A stretch of DNA of 64,000 bases, taken from Tubulanus polymorphus. Lineage: Eukaryota; Animalia; Nemertea. Below, in pieces: positions 12,841 to 26,600 of the stretch. The translations under genes were made by a program, and so were the position numbers. The notes beneath the pieces were generated by a model. It did not search any database. It worked only from the letters and a program-made list of their open reading frames with translations, and had not been told where the DNA came from. The first letter of the stretch is position 1. Each line of letters starts with the position of its first letter. The stretch covers positions 457,950-521,949 of the forward strand of contig NC_134026.1 of NCBI RefSeq assembly GCF_964204645.1, given 5' to 3'.

Positions 12841-13333
12841 TAATGGTAAAGTACACTCAATCATTTACAAACAAGTGATAGTTAAATACACTTGCAAGCT
12901 AACAGATCAGAGATCTCAGGAAGCAACGTCACTCCAATCCTTATTTCTTGACATATGATATAAAATGCTCTTCAGCCTGTGGCAAAATGTCTTCGATGTA
13001 ATACGCTTATTACTATATGCTTAACTAGAATCTTCTTTCAAATATTAATTCAAAAGGAGGAGGGACTAATCTAATGTAATGGTATCAATGCTACGAATGT
13101 ATGAAAAAAGTGAAAAGTAATAGTTTGAAACCAAGATTGAATGCATTCATTCTGTTGTATTGATAAAGTGAGATCCGATGAAAATTATGAAAAAAGAAAA
13201 AAACAAACTATCTACAAATTTACAATATCTACAAGAAAATTAAAAAGAGAAATAAAAACGACTATTCACAAATTTACAATATTTACAAAAGAAATAAAAA
13301 CTACTATTTACAAATTTACAATATTTACAAGAT

Positions 13334-13965
13334 AGAGAGAAAGAGAGCGAAAGAGAGAGAGAGGAGAGTGAGGAGAGAGAGAGGAGGGAGAGAGGAGGAA
13401 GGATGAAGGAGAGGAGTGAGAGGAAGAAAGGAGAGAGAGGAGAGAGTTAGTGGGTTAAAGAAAGAGGAAGAGAGAGTTAGTGGGTTAAAGAAAGAGGGAG
13501 AGAGTTAGTGGGTTAGAGAAAGAGGAAGAGAGTTAGTGGGTTAAAGAGAGAGAGAGGGAAAGGATAGAGAGAGGGAAAGGATAGAGACAGAGAGGGAAAG
13601 GATAGAGACAGAGAGGGAAAGGATAGAGAAAGGTAGAAAAGAAGGGGTGATAAAAACAATAAAACATATGATAAAAACAATAAAACATATGATAAAAACA
13701 ATAAAACATATGGGTAAAAACAATAAAACATATGGGTAAAAACAATAAAACATATGGGTAAAAACGGTTAAAAAGAGGCAGTTTAACGTCATACCACAGG
13801 ACAAATAGATAAAAATCACTGATAAAATGTATGGATAAAACGTATTGTTTCAAAGAGGCAGTTTAACGTCGTATCACAGGACAAATAGATAAAAATCACT
13901 GATAAAATGTATGGATAAAACGTATTGTTAAAATGAGGCAGTTTAACGTCGTACCACAGGACAAC
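13334..13965. repeat. GA-rich microsatellite followed by 21-23-bp and ~80-bp tandem repeats
   Basis: (GA)n-like tract 13334-13640; aaaaacaataaaacatat(g/ggg) x5; gaggcagtttaacgtc...acaggaca x2.5. Confidence 0.9.
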
Positions 13966-14876
13966 TTGAAAATAGAGGTACACTAGCAATACTACTTATA
14001 TGTTACTAGGTACAGTATTTTAGACAATTCTATAAAATTGTATAATTATCTCAACCTCTGCACTACCAAATATCAATTCGACAAAAAGTCATCTTTGAAA
14101 ACGTTCGTAAGAAATAAAACAACAAAACATAACGTAGCATTGAATTAATATTAATGTTATCAGAAGCTGAAAATCTGAAATCAACCATCAGCCATAAATG
14201 AGGAGGCGGGACTAATGCAATGAAATAATATCAATGCTCCAAACTTATAGGTTAAAATCTCGTTAAAACAATAGATGCAACAAGTGATATCAGTATTAAA
14301 CTAAGATTGAATGCATTCATTCTGTTGTTTTGAATATTAAAATCATTCAATAGAATTCAAAATATTGATTATCAATTAAATCTATATCAAAATTTGCACT
14401 AAAATAGATTTGATGTATAGATATTATGAAGTTTAGAAAATTAAAAAGTTTTAGGATTATATTTGAAATGTTTAGATAAAATTATTTATATTTTTCATTA
14501 AAATCTTAAGTTAAAAAGATATCTAAAAATATTTATAAGTAGAAATCAAAATCAATAAAAAAATCTAAAAAGAAATATAATATAAATATAAATATAAAGC
14601 TATTTACATATTTACAATATAAATATAATAATGTAAAAGTACGGATAAAATGTGTCGATCAATTTGAAGAAATATTTTGAATTATTTGTCAATCATAATC
14701 GGAACCCAAGTGATTTCAGAATGGAATAACTGGGCCAGGCCAATCACTCACTCGATGATCATCAATTACTGGTACTACACAACCACAGAAAGAGTGGTTT
14801 TTACCGCGCGGTATATTAGGCCAGGTGCACCTCTCAATAATAATGCCGCCTATTATGTTTGGCTTTTTGTGTGTTG

Positions 14877-15240
14877 ATATGTACATCGATACATCCTCAA
14901 TCACCAGGGTTTTATTGTCGCCCACCGGCACTCACGCTTACACAAACTCTGGTCACAAACCCTTCATTGGTCTCTTACATTGTCCGAGATATCTCGAGTC
15001 GACGGGTTGCTGCTAAGCGGCCACTAGTCAATCAGATGTGTAGCAAATCTGCTGGCGAAAAACGCATCTGATTGGCTAGATATATAGACTGGTGGCCTCT
15101 CAGTGGCAACCTGTCTACACAAGAAATCTTGAACAACGTTAATAGACCAATGAAGAGTTTGCGACCGGGGTTTGTCTTGGCATGAGCTTCGGCAGACGAC
15201 AATTAAAACCTGGCAAGTGAGGATGGCATTGATGTATATT
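14877..15240. mobile_element. Old foldback/MITE-like degenerate palindrome (~360 bp)
   Basis: Left arm acaaactctggtcacaaacccttcattggtc...ggccactagtc matches the reverse complement of right arm gactggtggcc...gaccaatgaagagtttgcgaccggggtttgt; similarity continues outward to atacatc/gatgtat. Confidence 0.75.
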
Positions 15241-16167
15241 GAATGAAAAAGCTACATGTAAATATGAAATGTGTACGAGAACCTTGAAAGCAGTGAAAAA
15301 AGATTTAAGCTAGAGGAGCAGGGACACCATGCCCACTCGGTGAAATGCTTGACAATCTGACAATTTCAATATTCAATGCCCCCGGTAAACATAACAAAAA
15401 CTAATGCTACAAATATGCAATTGATTGCGGTTATATGCATAAATACCAAAACTCATGGGAAAATTGTATGAATTAAATACCTCTGATGGGAAGAATAGAA
15501 AATGGGGTAAGACTGGTTCTATGACAATGCTAACAATTATCAAACATCATGACTGTAAGTTAAAGCAACCCAATATTTCTAATAATGATGGGGGATACAT
15601 ATCGATATCAAACATCAAATGTTGGAGAAATCTTTGAAACCTCCCTTAAAAACTTCAAATATGTGTAAAACTGCCAATTTTAGCGAACAAGAATGGCTAC
15701 CAGTCAGCCATCTTGATATTCTGCCAGTCGAATAACGGATGAAAAGCAAATACACTAGCCTGCTGGGACTGAAGTTAAGCTTAAAATCGATTAAAAAAAA
15801 CAACAAAATTTCAACAATATTTTAGAAAAAAACTAGAATCTAGAGAAAGCAAAAAGTGAAAAGCCTAAAAACTAAATAAATAAAAGTTCTCTAACAGTAA
15901 CGAAAAAATACTGATTTAAAATTCCATTGTTTCATTCATTTATAATCTATTTCAGCGTAAAACCCTACATCCCTAAAATTAAGATAACATTAAAGATTAT
16001 GTTTCAATGACCTGAGAGTATTGTATAATTAATCAATCTAATTAACTGCAAGTTCATCAAACAATAAAAAACCTAATCATCTACTCTATAACTAGTGATG
16101 TTACTTTCAATAACAAGAAAACAGGGGGGTAATTAAAACTGGTGTTAATGCTAAAATATCCTCAATG

Positions 16168-16522
16168 AACTGAGAGTAATTTCATCAATGATGAATTTAC
16201 CCTCAGTTCATCCATTGTTTTAATGATGATCCTGAGAGTAATTTCAACACTGATGAATTTACCCTCAGTTCATTCATTGTTTTAATGATGATCCTGAGAG
16301 TAATTTCAACAATGATGAATTTACCCTCAGTTCATTCATTGTTTTAATGATGATCCTGAGAGTAATTTCAACAATGATGAATATACCCTCAGTTCATTCA
16401 TTGTTTTAATGATGATCCTGAGAGTAATTTCAACAATGATGAATTTACCCTCAGTTCATTCATTGTTTTAATGATGATCCTGAGAGTAATTTCAACAATG
16501 CTGAATTAACCCTCAGTTCATC
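16168..16522. repeat. 62-bp minisatellite (~5.7 copies); each unit has an internal inverted repeat
   Basis: tgagagtaatttca at 16171, 16233, 16295...; ctgagagtaatttca and tgaatttaccctcag pair at 13/15. Confidence 0.95.
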
Positions 16523-16970
16523 ACATTCTAAGATGTTACTATTTTATTCAGAGATAATCTCTGAACTGCATAAAAAAGGAGATCTTAAACGCGATTATTG
16601 ATTAATAACCTGAGTGTAACTTATAAGATAAATTGACCCTCAGTTTATCAGAGGTTTATACTTTATTCAAGTTAACAGCTATAGTTAAAACTTAATCAAC
16701 TTGACCTAAATGAACTAAAACTTTAACTAAATTAGACTTAAATCAACTGGAATGAATTAAATTCAATAACAGCAAAAATTACTAAAATAACTAAACAAAA
16801 ACCAACTAATCTAAACTTAGGTTAACTTGAAATCTAGTTTAAAACGCACTAGTGATTAATCATAAACATCATGCTCACAATTTAACAAGACCCAGTTCCA
16901 CAGTTATGCAACAAATATGTATCTAAATTCTTGTATCCAAATCAAACTGTGGAACTGAGTCCTGTATTGT

Positions 16971-17141
16971 ATGGAACGAGATAAATGAAAAACAATCTGA
17001 GTGTATTTTTCATATGATGTTTTCAGTCATATATTTTCTTGAGATAACATAAAATTCAAAATTCAAAATTTCATACGACGGGACGCTGAAAATATCATGT
17101 GAAAAATACACTCAGACTGTTTTTTATTCATCGCATTCCAT
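16971..17141. mobile_element. MITE-like element with ~60-bp imperfect TIRs
   Basis: atggaacgagat...aaaaacaatctgagtgtatttttcatatgat versus atcatgtgaaaaatacactcagactgttttt...atcgcattccat. Confidence 0.75.
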
Positions 17142-18899
17142 GATAGTGAAACACCAACTGAAAATGAGTAGATAATTCACTGAATTAATAAAAATTGAAA
17201 AAAACTACAAGAAAAAAAGGTAAAGAAAGTATGAGAAAACGTTCTCAATCACATTTCATATTTACTAAGCCTATATCAACTACGAGTAAAAGCTCTTTAT
17301 GCGTGCACTATATACAGCATGGGCCTTTTATATAACCACTATTTATATCTGTGTTGTGGACCACGTAATTGTGTCAAAGAGTATTCGGTGATAAAACCTG
17401 GACCTTCAGTTATTCCATTCTCATGAAATCACTGGGGTTCGAATATACACAGTGATAGTCAAATATAAAATATTTCATCAAATTGATCTTTTAGTTAGTA
17501 TTGAAATATAAATAAATCATTGTTCTAAAAGGAATATATACAAATAAAATAGTTTTTAAATATAAAAAATAAAATAGCTTTCAAATATAAACAAAAAAAA
17601 TAGTTTTTTTAATATACACAAATAAAATAGTTTAAAAAGATACTTTGAGATTAAATACATACAAATGAAATAGTATAAAATTCAGATAAAATAGTTTTTA
17701 GATATCATAGGTATTTTAAAATTCAGATATAAAATAGTTTCTTTAATAGATTAAAATTCAGATAACATAGTTTTTAGATATCACAGGTGTTTTAAAATTC
17801 AGATATAAAATAGTCTCTTCAATCTTTTTAAATTCAGATAAAATAGTTTTACATATTATAGATACTTTAAAATTGTGATAATTCAAAATACTTTCTACAA
17901 TTGTCTTTAAAATATGGGTAAAATAGTTTTTAGAGTGTTTTCAGAATTACTAGTTTAGAAGTATCAATGAAATGTTTGCAGATATGAATAATTCATAATT
18001 TATAGCAATGAAATAGATTTAGATGGATCACCTTGATCAATCATAATATCGAACCAAAACATCATTGAAAGAATCCAATAATAGCGATAATAATTCACAT
18101 AAAATATGATTTTGGGCAATAGTAAAAATGAAACTAGGAAAATAATTAATGATATTTCGCAGATATTCAAAAACCGTAATTAATTTTGAGAACTGGAATG
18201 AAATCTTCAACAAGAGATATATTAGGAAAAATTCAAACTTTTGGAAAGTTAAGATTAGGAAACTCGTAGTAAATTGGAATTTCAATTGAAATTGGAATTA
18301 GGAAATTTGTAGTAAATTTGAATTTCAGCACTGAAGGACTCAAAATTTGGGAATTTTGTTCTATCTTAGAACGTGAGAAACTGGAACCACAAAAATACAA
18401 CAAACTGTTCAACATGTGCAGTATGACCGGGTCTCAGTCAGTAGAAATCTATTGATGATGCTGGTTTTAGTTTGGATTTTGTGACCTCTTCACAACAATA
18501 ATTGCAAAATGGCTGAGAAACTACAAATAGTCTCTTTTCGTGTAATCAATTAGTAGGTTATATCACATACTTTGATACAACTTATGCCGTTTTTGGAGAC
18601 GAAGGAAGCACCTGAGAACCTGATCTGATTAACAACCATATGAATGATTGACCTCTTGAAAACAACTTCATCCTCGATTTCTTAAATCTATTGATAATTC
18701 ACTCTCAACAGCCTTAATCTGACGTGTGTTTTATGCATTGCTCGCCTACATGGAAACAATTCCACGCTCTATCAACCATATTTCAATTGCTAAACGAAAT
18801 TCCAATTTAGACCCTAATAAAGGACCAGGAGTTACTTCATCAGAGCGGTGTCTATTACCGAGTTGCTCGATTGTTATGAACTTAACAATTTTCCTTTTA

Positions 18900-19057
18900 G
18901 ACCATCTCCTCTATCATATCTCTCTCAACTCCTCTATCATATCTCCATAAACTCCTCTCTCATATTCCCTGAACCTCCTCTCTTATATTCCCTGAACCTC
19001 CTCTCTCATACCTCCCTGAACCTCCTCTCTCATATATCAGACCTCCTCTCTCATATG
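18900..19057. repeat. CT-rich ~23-bp degenerate tandem repeat
   Basis: ctcctctctcatattccctgaac repeated. Confidence 0.8.
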
Positions 19058-19934
19058 CCTTATTGATTTCAACAAGAGATTAATTAAGACTAATTATTAA
19101 CAAGAATTTTGATCCTGGTGATCGTTAGAATCAGTAGAGATCAATATCAATCAATAAAACCTGATCACTGATGTGATAACAACGAATTTTCCAATCCAAG
19201 ATCTTTTTTTTAATACTTTCTTTATCAGCGATTCTCAATCATTGCATTTTTGCAGATCTTAGCATTTTTCTATTATATCCTATGTTCAATTATGAACTCA
19301 TAAATTCATGCATTGATCACCGATCCAGATGGTGATGGTTTCACACCTTAGAAATGTAATGAAATTGATTACCGTAGTCTTTGCTGTGGTTTCCTTTCTT
19401 GTGCAATTTTTAATCCAGGCAATCTCATGTATATAAATATATATCCCTTTTCCTTATGAGTAAACATTTTGAATCCCTCCGATCACATGTGAAGGATTTC
19501 CCTCCGTCGTTGAGCATTAGATATTAACATTTCAATCATTCAAGTTTTCACATCATATTAAATTAATCTTTAATTCTGTAATTAGAAAAACAAGTATGTT
19601 AATAATGATATAATGGTTTTACACTTGACGTATAGACGTCATAGTATTTGGGGGAGGGAGCAACATGGAACATTGAACAATCTGTTTCAATGTAGTTTCC
19701 TAAGGAATCGCATTATGTGAAACATAGCTGTTCCTTCTCCACGTTATTTTCAGCTTCATAAGGAAACGCATTATGTGTGAAACATAGCTATTCCTTCTCC
19801 ATGTTCCGATAAAGTTCGATAAAGAATCACGTAACAGTTCCTTTTGATTTGAAAAATCCACTTTTTTTCAAACTCCATAGGAGTTATTGTAGGAATTGAT
19901 TCCCTGCATATCTCGAAAAAGATTTACAACGGCT

Positions 19935-20152
19935 GACCATAGAATTAGAATAGATGACTCCTAAGAAGGCTACTGCCACAATCAGGTGGTATGGATGGTT
20001 ATTGCTGCAAAGTAGTGGCAAGGATGGTTTATATCCCAAAAGACATTTGAAAAGGTCGACCATGGTATTAGAATTGATGACTCATAAGAAGGCTACTGCC
20101 ACAATTAGGTGGTATAGATGGCTACTGCTGCAAAGTAGCGCCAAGAATGGTT
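19935..20152. repeat. Tandem duplication with ~123-bp period
   Basis: gaccat..attagaat.gatgactc.taagaaggctactgccacaat at ~19935 and ~20058. Confidence 0.8.
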
Positions 20153-20653
20153 AATGCTTCAGCATTGTGAGAAGCACAATGAACCTTAGTTAATAAGGTA
20201 AGAGTTAATGCAAAAATGGGGGTTAAAATGGAGTGGAACACAGTGGGTCGTACAGTCAAAAAAAAATAAATAAATGATTTAAAAAGTAAATGAATGGGAT
20301 GATGGACAAATATTTCTTTTTGTCCAAAAAGTAAATAAAGGGATGAAATGATAATGAATTTTTTTTATCATTTTTCAATTTTTTAAATTTTTTTGGAGAA
20401 ACCGTAAAACCTCCATAAAAGCAATGATTATATGCAATGATGTCTGGTTTTTTATTTTCAAATTTTTTTTATAAAAGCAAGGAGGACTGCACGCCCACTG
20501 GTTCAAGGAGTGTTGACAGATATTTAACACTGCGCAACCTGCAGATCGACGAAGGTGGAAGGGAAAACTGAGTTTCAAGAAGTGCCGATCTGCAGACGTG
20601 CATGGGCTGATGTTGTTGCCCGGGTGATGGCGAGTGAAGGGGCTGATGTTATT

Positions 20654-23600
20654 TTAATTTGTTCGCCTACGTTTAACTAATTCGTATTTTCCTTTAAAGG
20701 CCCCTTCAACATCGCGGAGCATTTTGATTGGATCGTGGTAGTTGATGTTTCTTGACCACCCAGGGCCGCGCGCCACCAGCTCGACAGCGGGGGAAGGTGG
20801 TGCCCCCACTGGAGCGCCTGATGTTGAAGCATTTTCGTTATCATTATATTTTCTCTTCTTATTTCTATTTTTTCCAGTCGATGTCGATGTTGATGGTGGT
20901 GGTCCGGTTGATGGTGGTGGTCCGGCAGATGCTGGTGTTGACGTAGATGCTGGTGTTGACGTAGATGCTGGTGTTGACGTAGATGCTGGTGTTGACGTAG
21001 ATGCTGGTGTTGACGTAGATGCTGGTGTTGACGTAGATGCTGGTGTTGACGTAGATGCTGGTGTTGACTTAGATGTTGGTGGTCTGGTACGTGGTGGTGG
21101 TCTGGTACGTGGTGGTGGTGGTGGTGGCGGGGGAGTTGCGGGCCCTGGTGGTGTCGCTCCAGGAGTGGCGAATTCCTCCTCATCACTGCTCTCCTCCTCA
21201 AAATTTGGTTGCGGAGGTGGAGGAGGACGAGCTGCACGTTTGCCTTTTTTTTTTGTTTTCGGACGCCCCGAACCTATTGTGTAATCTATATCTTTAGTCT
21301 TTTGACGGGGCGACCGACGCAGTGAAGGCGTCTGAAGCTGTGGCGCCTCTGTCGGGGTCACCACTGCAGGGGCGACCTCCTGCTCCACATTTACGGGAGA
21401 AGCAGGGTCCACCTCCTGCAAAGGAACCAACTCAAAAGGTGGAACAATTTCAGGAAGAGTTGGTTCCTTAGGCCCGCAGAGAGATACACACCTTGTATAA
21501 GTATCTTTTAATGCTGGAAGTGCTCTGCGGGCTGCTTCAGACTGGTCATGTTGGATGTTTTCAATGATGTCTATATCTGAAATGAAAAAAAAAAACATTA
21601 AGGATCATGCATATTACACATAAATGACATAATGACATGTTCGAATATAATTATTATATTTGTATATAGTAACCTATAAAATAATGCAGTTATCCAATAG
21701 GTGAATGTGACGTGATGGGGTGAGAAGGGTCATTTGAACGTTTGGAAGGGATCGTAAGCTTATTTTGTGAGAAGTGATCATGTCACTGGTTGTAGACTAA
21801 CGCTGTTGTAACTACACTTTTAACTGCTCTCATGATTTGCATCATCCATTACATAATAACGATGAGTTGACAGTATATCATCAGTGAGGCTGATAATTGA
21901 ATCTTCCAATACACATTTTATAATGGTATTTTCATGTCTTATATACTTGATATATTTCAGAACCAACCCTGTACGTGGACGGGTACACTTTTGTTAATTC
22001 ATTAATGGAAATACTGATTGTAATAAATTACATCCTACCATTACCTTGACAATCAATTTTGGTAGATAATCATGAATCAAAAATACACTTGATTTTTTTC
22101 TGGGGTGATGACGTACCAGGTTCCAGGTGACAAAAACTATAAATTATAATGAATAATCAATGGAATTGTTACCCATGACCCTGGTTTCAAAATCTGGGAA
22201 CCTCTTTGGAATAACACGCATGATAACTTTTCATTTATCAACCAATTGAAATGGAAACTTTGAAACGATAAAAGATCTAATTTAAAACAAATGTTGCGCT
22301 GTATCAACAAAAAATTAATCGATAATTCCTTTTATTCAGTAATTACTTTTCAAATGGATGAGTGAAAAATGTGTCCACACTTCAGAAATGTATTCAATTA
22401 TTTTGTAGAAAACTTTTTCATTGCATACAGTGCCACACTCCATCCACGGTAAGTGGGAGAATTTGTATATTTTCTACTGAATTTTCTCAAAAATGAAGAT
22501 AAAAATATGATTGTTTTTTTAAAATATTTTATTGTTTAAACTATTTACAGCATGAATTAAAACAGAAAAACGACACAAATAATTTCACTTCGCTGAATCT
22601 AAAACCAGTAAAAGCCATTTCACACAACACTGCCCACTACTGCACCTTCAGAAACAACACTCACTACAAATAAAAAACATTCATTTTGAAGAACAATATT
22701 TCACTATCAACATAAATGGCTGTAATTCATTATTCCCAATAGAATATTCATTGTCAGCAATAGGCCTATCGGTACTCCACATATTCATTACATAACTCAC
22801 CTAGAATGTATAATTCATCGTACAGCAGCCATTCATTTATTCAGATCAACAAAATTCTATGCACAGCCATTTCAGCTGATATTCATCATACAGTAGCCTC
22901 CGCCTAAACTGCTACAGTTTGGCACCTTCTATTTTCTACCTTATTAGGCAGTTACCGGCTTTTAAGAATTGCAAAAATCAATTGATGAAAAGATTTATTG
23001 AGCCTAATAGCGGTCAAAATTATCAAGTTCTTTGTATTTTATACAATCTGACCATGTAATGAATCCCCAAATTTCTTCTATAACTCTTTCAGAGCCCAGT
23101 CGACTTTCGTCTACAGATTATTTCAGGTCGTACTGTGCCCTGTCAACTTTAGTCGACATTTCTTATAGCAGTTTTATTTTTAGTTTTTCGCATAGAATTC
23201 AGCAGAGAAATCTGCCGCTAGATGGCTTGATTAAATGGCAGCACCCGTTAGTTTGTTTTTATGCCGCGTTTTTGTGGTGATGCTATTCAAAATATTTGAG
23301 TTTTTTGCGTTTGAAAGTAGCGGGTACTTATCCGGAGGTCACCTGATTTAATTATTAGGTCATTTTCTAATTATAATTACCCGTACAATAAATATTTGTG
23401 ACCGTAGACATAGAATATTCCATTGTCAGCTGTTAGCTGAGGCTAGATACCTGATTTGTTCATTTTGATACCTAAAATTTAGGGGCTTATCAAATAAATA
23501 GGTCACCGATTATAATTCATGCAAATTAGCTCATTTGCATAGAACGTCACTTTCAGTAAGAAAAATTACCACCAAAATTTTCCAAGGATCATATACCCTA

Positions 23601-26600
23601 CAAACTTTTCAATTACCATAAAGCTCTATCTCTTACAGTTTTCACTCTACGGAACTCCAAAGTTTCTACTGATTTTCCTACTTTATAGATAACAATGATG
23701 GGCACTCTGAGGGTTTTTCTCTAATTACACATAGAACATAAGGCCTAATCACTAACAGTAAAAATACATAAAGATGTTCTTATGTTTTTATGTATTTTTG
23801 CTAACAGAGATAGAAGGTTGATAGTACATACATGTATTCTATAATATAGGCGAACAGCCGTTACAGTTTACCGGTTCAGGCAGAGAATAAACGGAAATGA
23901 AGTGAACATTTACGGGATACGGGAAGCATTCTGGGAAACCAGGTCGTGGATTTGAACCCCGTACATTACCATTGTGTCCCCGGCAAGACACTTATCCTCA
24001 TTCGTCTCTCCACCCAGGAGTAAATGGGTACCTGGGCCGATAGATGACCCCCGAGCGCCTAGCAGCTGTTCGAATGTTACCTCACCCCAGGAGACTATTA
24101 AATGGCTGGGGCAATAAAACCGAAAATGTGAAGCGCTCTGAGCAGCTGCTGGTTTTAGGGCTATATTAGACATATACTATTATTATCATTATTATCATCG
24201 AACAGAGCAATACCAGAAAAGGCAAAACATATGTATTGAAAAACAACATTTCATCTTTATTTCATCGAATTGAACAGATTATACTAGATATAGACCGTCT
24301 ACCAGTTTAAGTGAAGTCTACAGTATCATTAAGGGCAAAAAATCCAATAAAATTCGATACATTTGAAAATATGTTTTTGTAAAATGAATTTTCACCGAAT
24401 TTTAGTTCGAAAAAATTGCAATATATCCTTCGAGTACTGCACATTTCCCTATATGGTTTTTGCTAAGTAAGTCTAGTTCATTTTTATTTCATGACAAACA
24501 GAAAAAGGACACAAAAAATTTCATACAAATTTCTACTGTATTTTCTGTGTTTCATCATCAATCAAAAATCTTCAACTTTTACTTTCAGAAACAACCGTCG
24601 GGGTAAGATCCATTTCACTCGACACTGTCCACTACTGTACCTTCAGAAACAACCATCAGGGGTAAAAACCATTTCACACGACACTGTCTGCTGCTGCAAC
24701 TTCATACAATCAAATCCATTCACTACAAATTACATTCACTACAAATTACAATAAGATTTTTATCTATAAAAATCAAACATCATTAAACAGCGAACAATAA
24801 ACGATATTTAAAATTTAGGCCCATTATATCACATGCATTCATTAAGTATTTCAAATAATCACTACTTACCCTTCAAGTATAGAATTATTCAGTGGAATAA
24901 TTCACTATAAATACAGCTGCAGCCGTTTACAGAAAAAACAATATGAAATGTTGCCGTCGAACTTGTAAGGTGTAAAACAGGATAGACCTAGATAAATGTC
25001 AGGCCTGGATAACGGTAGAGGAAATACATTTCATGGCTTTAAGAAAATAAAAGAATTCTGAAAAAAAAACATGAAGTCAAAGGGTAGGCCTATCTGAATT
25101 ATCGGCCTATCGGAAATTTGATAAAATCTGGTCTCAGAACGAAATGAATCACAGTTCCGATGCTGACTAAACTGTGGTCCGGATACCGACTAAACTGTGG
25201 TCCCGATACTGACTAAACTGTGGTCCCGATACTGAGTAAACTGTGGTCCCGATACTGACTAAACTTTGGTCCGGATACTGACTAAACTGTGGTCCCGATA
25301 CTGACTAAACTGCGGTCCCGATTCTGAGTAAACTGTGGTCCCGATTCTGAGTAAACTGTGATCCTGATACTGAGTAAACTGTGGTCCGGATACTGAGTAA
25401 ACTGTGGTACCAATACTGACTAAACTGTGGTCCCGATACTGACTAAACTGTGGTCCCGATACTGAGTAAACTGTGGTCCCGATACTGACTAAACTGTGGT
25501 CCCGATACTGACTAAACCGTGGTCCTGATACTGACTAAACTGTGGTCCCGATACTGACTAAACTGTGGTACCGATACTGAGTAAACTGTGGTCCCGATAC
25601 TGAGTAAACTGTGGTCCCGATACTGAGTAAACTGTGGTCCCGATACTGAGTAAACTGTGGTCCCGATACTGACTAAACTGTGGTCCCGATACTGAGTAAA
25701 CTGTGGTCCCGATACTGACTAAACTGTGGTCCGGATACTGACTAAACTGTGGTCCCGATACTGACTAAACTGCGGTCCCGATTCTGAGTAAACTGTGGTC
25801 CCGATTCTGAGTAAACTGTGATCCCGATACTGAGTAAACTGTGGTCCCGATACTGAGTAAACTGTGGTCCCGATACTGACTAAACTGTGGTCCCGATACT
25901 GAGTAAACTGTGGTCCCGATACTAACTAAACTGTGGTCCCGATACTGACTTAACTGTGGTCCCGATACTGACTAAACTGTGGTCCTGATACTGAGTAAAC
26001 AGTGGTACCGATACTGAGTAAACTGTGGTCCCGATACTGAGTAAACTGTGATCCCGATACTGAGTAAACTCACTGTATAAGACTCAGTACCTAACGAGGC
26101 ACCAACCATTGACCGTAATAATGAATCCGTTAGAAATAAATCGTGGGTAAACTGTATTTGCCGCAAGGCCGCAATATCTAGGATTCGACAACAATTAGAC
26201 GATGAAGGTTCCGACTATGAGCCGAGCTAGTGAACGACATTCGTATCAAACATCATATCTGTAGTTTAGATCTAGTATCAAAATTGAGTGGGTGTGGCTT
26301 TAGAATAGTTAGCCGAAATGATAGCAGTTGCGAGGTATACCTCCTTCCCGCTATAATCTCGGGATCTCAAACTGTTGTGAGCAACTACCTAGAGATACGA
26401 AGAACAAAGTTTAACCAATAAATCAAAAATAGTGATCCTGAATTTCCTGACGATTGACGAATGATTAATAAAAAAGAAAATCACATGTTTTCGGATCCTG
26501 GAGTCGCAGAGAAAAACGAAAGTACCGTAAATACTAGTTCTACTTTTCAGCGGTATCTAAAAAGTTGGTCCCATAATGTGATGGGTATCTGGATACGGAC

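Noticed and set aside
13440-13545. Telomere-like ttagtggg repeats
   Set aside because: Not a TTAGGG or TTAGG array; the motif is embedded in a GA-rich ~28-bp repeat.
20677-21297. Alternative-frame ORFs (His/Gln-rich 186 aa; DAGVDV-repeat 180 aa on +)
   Set aside because: These are shadow frames of the 18-bp repeat and GC-rich exon; only the 20654 frame has a matching acceptor, upstream exon and poly(A) signal.
25150-26070. CRISPR-like appearance of short regular repeats (also 1791-2162 and 59247-59749)
   Set aside because: Units are head-to-tail with no unique spacers, there are no cas genes, and the context is eukaryotic.
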